Source: Candidatus Yanofskybacteria bacterium RIFCSPLOWO2_02_FULL_44_18 | GTDB taxonomy: Bacteria > Patescibacteriota > Minisyncoccia > 2-02-FULL-40-12 > GWA2-44-9 | Assembly (NCBI GenBank): GCA_001794755.1 | Contig: MGKT01000006.1 | Location: 115,045 to 179,044 of the forward strand | Direction: 5' to 3' | Length of the DNA: 64,000 nucleotides | Shown: positions 1 to 10,232 of the stretch, piece by piece | How the letters are laid out: each line of letters opens with the position of its first letter | Position numbering within the stretch: position 1 is the stretch's first letter | Notes under the pieces: model-generated | What the model was told of the DNA's origin: nothing | The model's input: only the letters and a program-made list of their open reading frames with translations | Databases searched by the model: none | Made by a program: the position numbers and the translations under genes

Positions 1-956
1 ACTTCCTTATTTCCCCCGACGCCAGTCGTTACGATCGGTAAGCCGGCGCCCATGGCTTCCAGAATCTGATGAGAAAATCCCTCATAGCTCGTGTTCAGGA
101 CAAAAATATCCGCGGCGGCCAAATAATCAACCAGCTGTTCCTTGTTTTTTCGGCCAACGACATGAACCTTGCGCGACAATCCTAAATTTTTCACCATTGA
201 TTCAAGAATACTCTTTTCCGGGCCATCGCCGACGACTACTAGAGTAAAGAACTGATTGATTTCGAGCAACTTAGGCATTATTTTAATCAACATCTTGAAT
301 CCTTTCCACGGAACCAATCGCCCGACTGATAAAATAATATTACCGGCTATTCCTATTTTATTTTTCGCTTCTTGCCTATCAACAACATTAGGAACATCAA
401 CGCCGTTATATATGATTTTTATTTTTTCCAGCCTTACTCCCCAATCGCGGACGATTCCGGCCAAATATTCAGACGGGGCGATAACAGTATCTGCCTGACG
501 GCAGATTCGGCGTTGGATGCGGTCCAGGCGCCTGATTTTGCCTGTTTTGGGACTGTTCTGGAACTCGTCAATCAATAAATGAGTTTGGCCCCGATTCATC
601 GCCGTTTCCCAAGCGTAATCGCCGACAATTTTTACAACAAATTTTTTCTTATACACCCGAGCGGCAATAGAAGACGGCCAGCCCACGCTGACCGCATTCA
701 GGGCGAAGATAACATCATGGCCAGGCGTAAGCACAAAAAGTTTAACCAACAGTATTAAATGACGTAATCCTTTTGGCCAGATGCGTGAAACATAAACCAG
801 ATTAAAATCTTCTCTGGCATGTTTTTCTCCCCCGAATGTTAAAACCGTGACTTTGTGATTCCTAGACAAGTGCCGCGCCAATAACAGAGCGTACGTCGCC
901 GGACCACCTATTTCGGGAGGGAAAATACCTGTTGCTATTAATATTCTTTTTTTCAT
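1..956 (-). CDS. Glycosyltransferase family 4 (GT-B), C-terminally truncated by window edge
   Basis: Reverse-strand ATG at 954-956 overlaps stop of next gene (ATGA). N-term MKKRILIATGIFPPEIGGPATYALLLARHL...EGFSHQILEAMGAGLPIV is typical GT4; ORF runs off position 1. Confidence 0.7.
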   Translation of the reverse strand, partial: MKKRILIATGIFPPEIGGPATYALLLARHLSRNHKVTVLTFGGEKHAREDFNLVYVSRIWPKGLRHLILLVKLFVLTPGHDVIFALNAVSVGWPSSIAARVYKKKFVVKIVGDYAWETAMNRGQTHLLIDEFQNSPKTGKIRRLDRIQRRICRQADTVIAPSEYLAGIVRDWGVRLEKIKIIYNGVDVPNVVDRQEAKNKIGIAGNIILSVGRLVPWKGFKMLIKIMPKLLEINQFFTLVVVGDGPEKSILESMVKNLGLSRKVHVVGRKNKEQLVDYLAAADIFVLNTSYEGFSHQILEAMGAGLPIVTTGVGGNKE

Positions 957-1711
957 CTGAATATATTAAACCTGATTATGTGCCAAATGGCCGCCAGGCC
1001 GTCTTTCCAATTTATCTTTTTGCCTTCGTGATATGTACGGCCTTTATACGAAATTCCGACCTCATAAATCCGCAAGTTGTGCTGCGCGACTTGGGCTGTT
1101 AATTCCGGTTCTATGCCAAATCTTCTGGCTTTCAAATTCGGCAGAATTTTCTCTATCGCGTCCCGAGTAAACACTTTATAACCGGTTTCCATATCTGATA
1201 AATTCAATCCGGTCAGCATATTTGAAATAAACGTCACCAATTTATTGGCGATGTAGTGGGAAAAATAAAGAATGCGCCGCGGAAAAGGGGTTATAAACCG
1301 CGAACCATAGACGACATCGGCATCTCCGGCAAGAATCGGCCCGATAAGCAAGCGGTACTCATGGGGATCATATTCCAAATCCGCGTCTTGAATGATGATG
1401 ATGTCGCCCGTCGCTTCCTTAAATCCCCGCCTTATAGCCGTTCCTTTGCCTTGGTTTTTTCCATGAAAAATTATCTTGCAGCTGTTTTGATACTGTTCCA
1501 GAATTTCGCGGGTTCCGTCGTTTGATCCGTCATCAATAATAACAATTTCTTTTTCCAGCGGAAGTTCCGCGTCTTGAACCGCCGAAATAATCCTCGGAAG
1601 TGTTCTTTTCTCGTTAAACGCAGGAATAATAACGCTGATTTTGTTATACGCCATAAGTTTGGAATAATTCTTTATATTTTCTGGAAATAATCTCCCAGTC
1701 GTATTTTTCAT
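953..1711 (-). CDS. GT2 glycosyltransferase, polyprenol-phosphate mannose/glucose synthase-like (Dpm1/GtrB-like)
   Basis: VIIPAFNE...IIDDGSNDGT...DADL motifs of GT-A/GT2 dolichyl-phosphate mannosyltransferase family; probable true start at internal Met (about 1654). Confidence 0.85.
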   Translation of the reverse strand: MKNTTGRLFPENIKNYSKLMAYNKISVIIPAFNEKRTLPRIISAVQDAELPLEKEIVIIDDGSNDGTREILEQYQNSCKIIFHGKNQGKGTAIRRGFKEATGDIIIIQDADLEYDPHEYRLLIGPILAGDADVVYGSRFITPFPRRILYFSHYIANKLVTFISNMLTGLNLSDMETGYKVFTRDAIEKILPNLKARRFGIEPELTAQVAQHNLRIYEVGISYKGRTYHEGKKINWKDGLAAIWHIIRFNIFR

Positions 1712-2786
1712 TAATCAATTTCCGCGCGTTACTGACCATAAAATCTTTCAGAGTATTGTCTTTTAAAATCATATCTACTTTATCGGCAATGTCTTTGGAG
1801 TTGTTAACTTCACAGAAGAGCCCGGTTTCTCTGTTGATAATAAAATCTGTTATTCCGCCTGTTTTCGTACCGACAACCGGCAGCTTAGCGGCCATGGCCT
1901 CAAGAAAAGCCGTGCCTAAGCCTTCGGACAACGACGGTCGCACAAAAACATCGGCCGCAGCAAGATATTTCGGAAGATCGTCGTGCGTCACCTGCCCCGC
2001 AAATTTAATTCTGCCATCCAGTCCCAGTTCGTGCGATTTAAGTTTTAACGAGTCTCGAAGCGGCCCGTCGCCGATGATAAGTAATTTAACGTCATCTTCT
2101 AAGTACACTAGGGATTCAATTAAATCTTTCAATCCGTTTTTTGGCACCAGCCGTGAAACTGAGATAACGACCTTGTGATTATCGCCGTATCCGAGCTTCT
2201 GTCTTAAATCGTTATTTCTTAATATTGAAAATGCAGCAAAATCAACGCCGTTAGGAATGACCGATATTCGGGCTTTCAGATTTATATTCTTTGCGTATTC
2301 TTTCAGGTAATCACTGATGGTTATAATAGCGTCGGCTTTTATTATTATCAGGTTTCTGAAAAAATTAATCATTTTTCCTTGTTGTTTTAAATTTTTACCT
2401 TCCTGAATATTAAGAATAAAAGGAATGCGATTATTAAAAATCTTGAATAGCCATGCCGCACCGGCGGCTTGGGAGGCCTGGAGGGCAAAAACCATACCGT
2501 ATGAATTATTTTGAGATAATCTTAATGACTTAATGAAGGCAAAAAGAGGAAACAGTGCCTTCGGCATCAGTATTTTTAAAAAAGCGCCCTTGTTGCCGAT
2601 TCTAAATACATTTACATTTCCTATTCTTTCAAAGACGGGCAAAGATTTATCAAGATGCGCGGTGATAAGATCAAAATCAAATCCGTCAATGCGCTTCGTT
2701 ATTTCATGAAGGGCCAGTTCCGCGCCCCCGATATGTGGTAAGTAGTTGGAAGAGAACATTAAAATTCTCTTTGATTTATTGGCCAT
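1644..2786 (-). CDS. GT4 glycosyltransferase
   Basis: GGAELALHEI N-term and EGLGTAFLEAMAAKLPVVGT C-terminal GT-B motif. Confidence 0.85.
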   Translation of the reverse strand: MANKSKRILMFSSNYLPHIGGAELALHEITKRIDGFDFDLITAHLDKSLPVFERIGNVNVFRIGNKGAFLKILMPKALFPLFAFIKSLRLSQNNSYGMVFALQASQAAGAAWLFKIFNNRIPFILNIQEGKNLKQQGKMINFFRNLIIIKADAIITISDYLKEYAKNINLKARISVIPNGVDFAAFSILRNNDLRQKLGYGDNHKVVISVSRLVPKNGLKDLIESLVYLEDDVKLLIIGDGPLRDSLKLKSHELGLDGRIKFAGQVTHDDLPKYLAAADVFVRPSLSEGLGTAFLEAMAAKLPVVGTKTGGITDFIINRETGLFCEVNNSKDIADKVDMILKDNTLKDFMVSNARKLINEKYDWEIISRKYKELFQTYGV

Positions 2787-2789
2787 TTT

Positions 2790-3980
2790 GTGATAATTTT
2801 ACCACAAATGGAGCCAAAAATCAAGAAAAAGCGTATTTTATTCATTGTTACTCAATCGGAGATGGGTGGTGCTCAAAGGTTTCTGCTAAACACGATTTCA
2901 CGCTTGAATAAGGATATATATGAGATTGGCACGGCTGTCGGTTCTGATGGCGACGGCGAATTGTTAAATAAACTTGACGAACTTGGAATTGCATTCGAGA
3001 TAATTGAAAACCTAAAGCGGAATGCCAGCCCGATTAAAGATTTTTTCGCCGTATTTGAAACTCGCCGATTAATTATGCGCCATTCGCCGGATACTGTTTT
3101 TTTGTGCAGTTCAAAAGCCGGCTTCATCGGCTCTCTCGCTTGCCGAATGCCGACAATAATTAAAGACATTAAAGTAGTATATCGAATCGGCGGCTGGCAA
3201 TTTAATGATCCGCGCAAAGAATGGCAAAATAAAATTTATCTGATTCTGGAAAGATTAAGCGCTCATTGGAAAGATGTCATTATTCTTAATAACATCCATG
3301 ATTATAATCAGGCCGTAGAAAAGAAGATTCGCCCTCGAGAAAAAATTGAAATTATACACGGAGGAATCGATACGTATAAAATGAATTATCTACCCAGAGA
3401 GGAAGCCCGCCTAAAAATGCTTGAGCGAGCATCAAAACAATCGGGTAAAGTATTCCAGGCGGATTATATTGTTGGGACAATCGCCAATTTTTATCCGTCA
3501 AAGGGGCTTGGGCATCTATTAGACGCGGCACAATATTTAAAAGCCAAAATCAATGTTGTTTTCTTCGTCATTGGCGATGGGGAAAAAAGGATTGACTTGC
3601 AAACCGAGATTTTAAAAAAGGGCCTTGAAAAAAATGTGTTTCTTCTGGGGCGCATGCCGGAAGCCTACAAATTTTTAACCGGTTTTGATATTTTTGTCTC
3701 GCCTTCGTTGAAGGAAGGATTTCCTTGGAGCATATTGGAAGCGATGGCGGCAAAATTACCCGTTATCGCCACGCAAGTCGGCGGCGTTCCCGAAATAATC
3801 AAGAACGGCCATAACGGTTTTATAGTAAAGCCGGGTGACGGCAAAGCTATTGCTGAAAAAATAAAAGAACTGATTGCGAACGACCACTTGCGTCAGGAAT
3901 TGAGCATTAAATCACATCAAACCGTCCTGTTTGATTTCACGCTCGATAAAATGGTTAGCCGAATTGAGAGTCTGCTTTAG
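2790..3980 (+). CDS. GT4 glycosyltransferase
   Basis: EGFPWSILEAMAAKLPVIATQVGGVPEII motif; divergent from previous gene, with start codons only a few nt apart. Confidence 0.85.
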   Translation: MIILPQMEPKIKKKRILFIVTQSEMGGAQRFLLNTISRLNKDIYEIGTAVGSDGDGELLNKLDELGIAFEIIENLKRNASPIKDFFAVFETRRLIMRHSPDTVFLCSSKAGFIGSLACRMPTIIKDIKVVYRIGGWQFNDPRKEWQNKIYLILERLSAHWKDVIILNNIHDYNQAVEKKIRPREKIEIIHGGIDTYKMNYLPREEARLKMLERASKQSGKVFQADYIVGTIANFYPSKGLGHLLDAAQYLKAKINVVFFVIGDGEKRIDLQTEILKKGLEKNVFLLGRMPEAYKFLTGFDIFVSPSLKEGFPWSILEAMAAKLPVIATQVGGVPEIIKNGHNGFIVKPGDGKAIAEKIKELIANDHLRQELSIKSHQTVLFDFTLDKMVSRIESLL

Positions 3981-6211
3981 AGTTCTCTGCCCAGGCTTCT
4001 TACAAAAGCTCTGGCATCAGCTTCAAAAGACGGATCAACTTGAACCGCCCTGCGGGCCATTGCAACGGCATCATCTATCCGGCCAATATTTGCATAGGCC
4101 GTCGCCAGAGAAGCGAAATACTGAGCATTATTGGGATTAATTACTATAATTTTTTCGTAAATTCCGGCTATTTTGGAAAAATCCTTGTTGATAAGATAAA
4201 CATTTACTAGCCGCAAATATTCTTGTTCATTAGGACTGTAGCCACTACTCAGGGCTTTCTCCATATCTCTAAGACCTGACGCATCTCCGCTTTCAAATTT
4301 AGCTGCTCCAAGATACCAATAAGACAACACTGTTTCAGGATTTAAATCAACGGCTTTTTGAAAATATTCTATTGCTTTTTTATAGTCCTTCTTGTTTATA
4401 TAGGCTTGGGCGATTTCATAATAAGTCCTGATAAAAGTCGGGGAAAGTTCAAGCGCTTTTAGAGAATAGCTTAGCGCTTTATCATTGTAAAAAGATCCGG
4501 GATTGTCCTTGCCTAGTAAGATATTCAAGCGGGAAGCATAAAGATATGGCAAATAATCAATCGGATTTTCTTTAATGTTCTTTTCAACTTCAACAAGCGT
4601 AAATTCAAAAGCTCTCCGTACTTTTTCTTCCTTCAGGCTGGGACCGCCGCCGCCGACCAAATATTGGGCCAGGCGATGCCGGTACTCATACTTGCCGGGA
4701 ACATCGTAGGACAAGGATTCTTTATATTTTAAAAGAGCACCGTCAAAATCACCCGCCCAAGTTCTGACAATGGCTCTAGTGGTCGCGTAATTGGCCTTGG
4801 CCGGCAAAATATTTGTTTTATATATTAATACTGACATGAGAATCGCTAATATGATTCCAACCGTATTAACCAAAGATTTACTGGCCATAATCGGATTGGC
4901 AGCGCGTGCCTCTTCTTTTTCCGGGTTCAAATTCAGATAAGAGGTGAATCCCATGATAGTAAAGAAAACGATAAAATTGGCCGAGGTATCGAATATAAAA
5001 GAATTGTGGATTATATACGCGATAGTTGCCGGGATAAGGGCAATGCCATAAATAGAAAAATCATTATTTCTTAAAAGTTTCCGCAACGACCTGAAAATTG
5101 AGAAAAATATGTTTATGTATGCAAAAAAACCTATAATTCCCATGGTGACAAGAATTTCAACAAACATATTATGAGCCCTGTCAAAAAGTGTTTCTGAACC
5201 GGAGCCGACAAAAAATTTCGGATTAAAGTTTGTTGAAAAAGGAATATTGAAATTCTCCGGCCCCCAGCCTAGAAATATAGTTTTAGGATTTTCTCGCCAG
5301 CCCTTAAGACCGGCCTGCCAAGCCCAAAAACGAGTTTGGACAGTCGGTGAAGTGAGAGATAAGCTGGTAACCCTGCTAAGATATCCCGATTTTTTTACAA
5401 AAGAAGTATTGCCGAATAAAAGCGCAAAAGCAATGAATATTAACGCCGAGCTTATAAGAGTTTTGAATGCGATTTTTCCAATACCCGATTTTTTATACTT
5501 CATCCATAAAAACGCGAAAACCGTAAGCCCGACGGCATAACCCAAAAGTGATCCCCTGACAGCCGTCATCAAAACCGCAATAGAAGTAATCGCAAAAGCG
5601 GCCAGGTAATATTTTTTATATTTCTGGACCGACAAATACATCATCAGCGACAAAAATACTATTAACAGCTCATAGCCAGCGAATAGGGCTGGATTGCCGA
5701 TGGTACCGAATATTCTCTCGCGACCGCCCGAACCCACAAAAAATTCTATATTTGTTTTTTGTCCAAATCCGTAAAATGCTGATAGTACTCCTACAAATAC
5801 GGATAAGTTAAAAAGTTTTAACCAATATTCTTTTTTATTAAATACCGCGGTCAATATGATAAAAAATAGAAAATAATGCGCGAAAGTCCAAAGACCGCCC
5901 ATTCTTTCAAGTCCACCCCAAAAACTCGGGTATTGCAAAACGCTCGTTAAAGTTGTCAAAGAAAAGGCTGCTACAAACAAAAAGAAGGCCCAAAATATTT
6001 TATCGCGGCGGGGCAGATACGATCTGTTCTTTAAAATTAAAATTATATAAGCTACCGCCAGAATTTCAACTAAACTCCTGAAAACTAGCACTTTTCCAAA
6101 GTGAAAAGGAGAAATGAAATCTTTCCAAATAACAAGCGGCATAAATGCCGTTAGATAGATGCCAAAGCGCAAAAATTTTACCAGACCCGATTCTTTATTG
6201 GTTTGCTTCAT
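3977..6211 (-). CDS. Wzy_C (O-antigen ligase / O-oligosaccharyltransferase-like) polytopic membrane protein with C-terminal TPR repeats
   Basis: About 12 TM N-terminal region with large loop; C-terminal 250 aa are TPR-like (AQAYINKKDYKKAIEYFQKAVDLNP...). Confidence 0.7.
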   Translation of the reverse strand: MKQTNKESGLVKFLRFGIYLTAFMPLVIWKDFISPFHFGKVLVFRSLVEILAVAYIILILKNRSYLPRRDKIFWAFFLFVAAFSLTTLTSVLQYPSFWGGLERMGGLWTFAHYFLFFIILTAVFNKKEYWLKLFNLSVFVGVLSAFYGFGQKTNIEFFVGSGGRERIFGTIGNPALFAGYELLIVFLSLMMYLSVQKYKKYYLAAFAITSIAVLMTAVRGSLLGYAVGLTVFAFLWMKYKKSGIGKIAFKTLISSALIFIAFALLFGNTSFVKKSGYLSRVTSLSLTSPTVQTRFWAWQAGLKGWRENPKTIFLGWGPENFNIPFSTNFNPKFFVGSGSETLFDRAHNMFVEILVTMGIIGFFAYINIFFSIFRSLRKLLRNNDFSIYGIALIPATIAYIIHNSFIFDTSANFIVFFTIMGFTSYLNLNPEKEEARAANPIMASKSLVNTVGIILAILMSVLIYKTNILPAKANYATTRAIVRTWAGDFDGALLKYKESLSYDVPGKYEYRHRLAQYLVGGGGPSLKEEKVRRAFEFTLVEVEKNIKENPIDYLPYLYASRLNILLGKDNPGSFYNDKALSYSLKALELSPTFIRTYYEIAQAYINKKDYKKAIEYFQKAVDLNPETVLSYWYLGAAKFESGDASGLRDMEKALSSGYSPNEQEYLRLVNVYLINKDFSKIAGIYEKIIVINPNNAQYFASLATAYANIGRIDDAVAMARRAVQVDPSFEADARAFVRSLGREL

Positions 6212-6310
6212 ATATTAGATATGATAACAGAAAACCCAAAAATTTAGCAATCTTAGTAGTTGCAAGGATGGGTCAAAGTTGGCGACAAATAATATCAGAA
6301 GTTAAGGGGA

Positions 6311-6760
6311 TTAGCTTTTAAGAAATTGGAGGTGGTTTTCGATAAATTCTTTCTGTTCGGGGATCATATTCTTGGGCATCTCTTTAAATATTTTAATATC
6401 AGAGGCATTATTGTTTGGGCGCATATTTACATCCTTAGTTCCACATAAAACCGGAATGCTTATTGTCCAGCCAAATCCACGCTCCGCCTGTTCGCTTGGA
6501 TATTCAATATATCCAAGCATTTCTATTATTTTTACAGATATGCCGAGTTCATCTGAAGCTATTCGTTTCACCGCATCTTCAACTCGCTCCTTGTATTGAA
6601 GTGTTGCGCCTGGAAAATGCCACTGATTACTCCAAGTAGACAGTTTTCTTAGGGTTAAAACGATTCCTTTATCTGTTTGCACTATTAGATCAACACACAA
6701 TCTGGGGACCTTCGAATATATGTCATTAAATTCTTCTTTGGACAATAGCTTATCATTCAT
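6311..6760 (-). CDS. NUDIX hydrolase (GDP-mannose mannosyl hydrolase-like)
   Basis: Nudix-box-like QYKERVEDAVKRIASDELGISV; size about 149 aa. Confidence 0.65.
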   Translation of the reverse strand: MNDKLLSKEEFNDIYSKVPRLCVDLIVQTDKGIVLTLRKLSTWSNQWHFPGATLQYKERVEDAVKRIASDELGISVKIIEMLGYIEYPSEQAERGFGWTISIPVLCGTKDVNMRPNNNASDIKIFKEMPKNMIPEQKEFIENHLQFLKS

Positions 6761-6904
6761 AATTGTATATAAATTTAATCACTTAATTGGATTATTGTCG
6801 ATTAATAAAGTCATCATCAATCTAAAACCCGGGTTTTCCTTTGTATCAAAAACGATAAGACCCGCGGGATCTCTGTCTTATCGACGAGCTCTCCGCGGGC
6901 CACA

Positions 6905-7168
6905 CTACCAGATTGGAAGCATGATGTCTTCCATGATCCGAGCGATAGTCTGATTTTCTCCCACTATTCTCGCGATAGAAGTAAGTTGTTGTTGTACGAT
7001 GCTCTCTTGCCGTTGGCGTTCGGTGGTGAGATTACCAAAAGGTTTGAGCGCCTCAATTCCATCAATAATTTTTTTTACCTCTTTCCCGATTTGCGGGTTT
7101 TCCTTCGCAATCTTTTGAAGCCACGCAATGTGGCTATCAAGTTTTTCGTGTCGGTTATTGGCCATCAT
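6905..7168 (-). CDS. Hypothetical small protein
   Basis: 87-aa ORF, no recognisable motif. Confidence 0.3.
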   Translation of the reverse strand: MMANNRHEKLDSHIAWLQKIAKENPQIGKEVKKIIDGIEALKPFGNLTTERQRQESIVQQQLTSIARIVGENQTIARIMEDIMLPIW

Positions 7169-7235
7169 TGCCTCCTGAGTAAAATATTACCACCTTTCGG
7201 TGGCAATGTCAACTATTCAATATCTACCTGCATTT

Positions 7236-8492
7236 TTATTTAGGATTTACCTTATAAATAACCCCGGTGGCGTCATCAGAAATATAAAGCTTACCCTTGG
7301 AATCGAACTTCAAATCAACCGGCCGACCATATATTTTACCATTCACTAGCCACCCGGAAATAAAGTCTTCCGGAATTTGAGACAAAACATTGCCACCAGA
7401 GTCCAAATCATACCTTACGACATTATAGCCCACTTTTTCGCTCCTGTTCCATGATCCGTGAAGAGCGACCAATAAATCACCCTCCCATTCTTTGGGCCAG
7501 CCCTTGTTTGCCGGCACAAATGCCAAACCTAGCGGCGCTGAATGCGCTTGTATCTTGATTATCGGCGGCGTCGTTGTGCTGCAGTCGGAAGATATATCAA
7601 TACGATCAACCTTCTCGGGATTAAATTTTTTATCTCTAACCTTATCGCCGTAACAAAAAGGCCAGCCGTATCTTTTTGCACCATACTTATCTTCCGGTCC
7701 GGCCACCTTAATTATATTAATTTCGTCGGGAGGCAAATCATCGCCCAAATTGTCACGCCCCATTTCCGTGGCCCATATTTCTTTTGTTTTAGGATGGAAA
7801 GTAAAGAATACGGAATTCCTCAATCCGCCGGCAAATTCCGCCGTGTAATTTCCCGCCGGATCAGACTCCAAAATAGCGGCTCTTTTCCATGTATCTTCAA
7901 TGCATACATCGCACGAAGAACCGACGCTCATGTATAGCTTGTCGACGCTTAGTCCTAATCCACCCAATATTGATCCCTGGCGATAATTAGGCCCGAAGGC
8001 GATTGTTCTGGTAAAATGCCGACCGTCAGCGGGAAGAGTGGCAATATTTTCGCTCTTCTTATTCGCAATTGTGCCGGATTTGACGTCGTAGGAAAACCTT
8101 TTAACTTCGTTTGTTTCAGCCACGTATAAGTATGTGGCTTTAGAATCAGAATAGAAATCAAGTCCATGAGGTAATCGTAAGCCTTCTAAAATCGTTATTT
8201 TTTTATCAGATTTTCCATCCCCGTCGCTATCTTTAAGCATCGCAATTCTTCCGGCTTTAGTCTCGCTTACAAGCATATTCCCGACCGGATCAAAAGCAAT
8301 TACTCTTGGGTTTTCCAAATTATCAGCAAAAACATCAATCATAAATCCTGTCGGGAGCTTGAGAAAAGAGAGTCCTGTGTTTGGAATTTCCGTTACATTC
8401 GGTTCTTCAAGAGGCGGAACATAAAACCAGGCAAATGCAGTCAGCGTCACGGCCAAAACAACTATTATCAATATGTTGCGCTTATTGAACAT
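7236..8492 (-). CDS. PQQ-dependent sugar dehydrogenase (soluble glucose/sorbosone dehydrogenase family, beta-propeller), secreted
   Basis: N-terminal TM/signal; LPHGLDF, GRDNLGDDLPPDEINII, GWPFCYG, HGSWNR motifs of the sGDH/YliI family. Confidence 0.75.
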   Translation of the reverse strand: MFNKRNILIIVVLAVTLTAFAWFYVPPLEEPNVTEIPNTGLSFLKLPTGFMIDVFADNLENPRVIAFDPVGNMLVSETKAGRIAMLKDSDGDGKSDKKITILEGLRLPHGLDFYSDSKATYLYVAETNEVKRFSYDVKSGTIANKKSENIATLPADGRHFTRTIAFGPNYRQGSILGGLGLSVDKLYMSVGSSCDVCIEDTWKRAAILESDPAGNYTAEFAGGLRNSVFFTFHPKTKEIWATEMGRDNLGDDLPPDEINIIKVAGPEDKYGAKRYGWPFCYGDKVRDKKFNPEKVDRIDISSDCSTTTPPIIKIQAHSAPLGLAFVPANKGWPKEWEGDLLVALHGSWNRSEKVGYNVVRYDLDSGGNVLSQIPEDFISGWLVNGKIYGRPVDLKFDSKGKLYISDDATGVIYKVNPK

Positions 8493-8564
8493 TTTTTAAG
8501 GTATACTAACTCAAAAATAAGAGACCCGCAAACGGGCCCCTTGTTTTTAAAAAAATTCAAATTA

Positions 8565-9794
8565 CTAAATGGCCTGCAAATAATCACTGTGCACCCACGC
8601 GTCTTTAGTCTGATACTTAATCTTATGCCACAAACCAGATTGCCCCAAACTTTCTATAATCTGTCCGGCCGGCAGTTTGCCTAAAATGGCGCTTGAGGTG
8701 TTGGCCGATGCCCTCACATTAAGCTGACTCGTGCCGACAATCTTATATTTCTTGACCACTGAAACAGGAGCTGATGAAGAAGTGTTTTTTCTCGAATAAT
8801 CCGGTATCTGATTTACTGATGTATAGTTTGTCCCCTTCGGATACCAATTAAATTCTTTGGTATTGATACAGAAGACTTTCTTGAAGAAATCGGCATCGTC
8901 TTTAACCGCTTGTTCTCCGGTCGTATTCACCCAATGCAGAGTTCCAGTATCTTCACCCGTCATTTCTACACCATAGACCCTTTTATCATTTGTCTCGCAA
9001 TTTCTAAACAAACCGGAAGTGACAAAGACATCCCTGACCACTGAAGTCGTGCCTTTAACTTTGGAGAATCCGCCGAGATGGCCGTAGAAACCGAATATGG
9101 CAGGATTTAGGAATAATCTTTTGTAGCCATGTGGGTTGACTATGTAAATATCCGGATCGCTTGAACCGGCCGCACTGATAATGTCGCCATCTTTTAGGCT
9201 AACATTGGCCAAATTGACAAATCCTCTTGAAGCCGGGGTCGGCTTGCCTGTTGAAACAGGCGCTGGAGACGAAGCCGGAGTTGGTGTCGGACTCGAAAGT
9301 GCTACAACTGGAGTCGGGGTTGGGGTCGAAGTAGTAGTAGATGTCGTGCTTCCTCCTCCTCCTCCTCCACCACCACCACCACCGCCGCCAGTACCGCCAG
9401 TATCAGAACAAGTGGATGATCCGGGTGTTATCACAACAACTCTTTGAGGATCGCCCGCTGCCGGTGTTATGACAACTGTAGACTCTGATGTTGTACAAGT
9501 CTTAGATGTATAATCGCCACTAGTACCAAGACTTAATCTTCCGGTTGATCTAAAAGTAAATGTCTGATCAGGAGAAATGGTAACGGTTATCGAACTGCCC
9601 GTCGTCGTTACTTCATCTGCACTGGAACCGGCCACAATCAGAAAATCTCCCACGGAAAAAGTGACATTAGTATCTTGCGGAAAAGTTACCGCTCCAGCCA
9701 CTGCTTGAGCATAATTAGCGACTACTAAAGATACCCCCACTGCTAAAATGACAACGAATAGAGAGGGGAGAAATTTATATTTTATTAATTGCAT
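8565..9794 (-). CDS. Secreted surface protein with 14-Gly tract, TP-rich linker, conserved approx. 130-aa module and C-terminal SH3b-like domain
   Basis: Signal peptide; GGGGGGGGGGGGGG; STPTPTP linker; module shared with the 1245-aa protein; C-term LNVRASANTSSAILGKLPAGQII...WHKIKYQTKDAWVHSDYL resembles bacterial SH3. Confidence 0.6.
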   Translation of the reverse strand: MQLIKYKFLPSLFVVILAVGVSLVVANYAQAVAGAVTFPQDTNVTFSVGDFLIVAGSSADEVTTTGSSITVTISPDQTFTFRSTGRLSLGTSGDYTSKTCTTSESTVVITPAAGDPQRVVVITPGSSTCSDTGGTGGGGGGGGGGGGGSTTSTTTSTPTPTPVVALSSPTPTPASSPAPVSTGKPTPASRGFVNLANVSLKDGDIISAAGSSDPDIYIVNPHGYKRLFLNPAIFGFYGHLGGFSKVKGTTSVVRDVFVTSGLFRNCETNDKRVYGVEMTGEDTGTLHWVNTTGEQAVKDDADFFKKVFCINTKEFNWYPKGTNYTSVNQIPDYSRKNTSSSAPVSVVKKYKIVGTSQLNVRASANTSSAILGKLPAGQIIESLGQSGLWHKIKYQTKDAWVHSDYLQAI

Positions 9795-9819
9795 GGTTTA
9801 ATTTTGTTTGATGACGAGC

Positions 9820-10221
9820 TTACCGTAAGCCCTGAATTGTTTTAACTACTGCGGAATCTGATCTTAAGTTTTCCCAGAATAGAACCTGATCCTGGTTGAT
9901 AATCATTTCATTCTTGGGACTATGGGGTTCCCCCGCACCGAGTTTGACAAGCTGACCGGCACCATTTTCGTTTACTTTAACATAATAAACATCGGACAGA
10001 ATCAAGTAATCAGAACTGATATTTTTTAAACGCCCAAAGTATATCTGATCGTTTGTCAGAAATATAGCCTGATACACATCTGGATCAATAAAACTCTTTT
10101 TATCATATCCGTCGTATTTTAGAGAACTTATGGCTGGAAAGATGCTTATAATCCCAACCGCTACAGCCAGAACCGCAACGCCTATCATCATAATGGATGG
10201 AATATTCTTCCTGTAAATCAT
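9820..10221 (-). CDS. Hypothetical membrane-anchored protein
   Basis: 133 aa with a single N-terminal TM. Confidence 0.45.
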   Translation of the reverse strand: MIYRKNIPSIMMIGVAVLAVAVGIISIFPAISSLKYDGYDKKSFIDPDVYQAIFLTNDQIYFGRLKNISSDYLILSDVYYVKVNENGAGQLVKLGAGEPHSPKNEMIINQDQVLFWENLRSDSAVVKTIQGLR

Positions 10222-10232
10222 GTTCTAAATAA

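Noticed and set aside
9181-9447. Plus-strand ORF encoding a poly-Pro peptide
   Set aside because: It is the antisense mirror of the poly-Gly (GGN) tract of the reverse-strand gene 8565..9794. Many other antisense ORFs inside long genes (for example 17659-19765, 54725-55549, 58382-59624) were rejected as shadow ORFs for the same reason.
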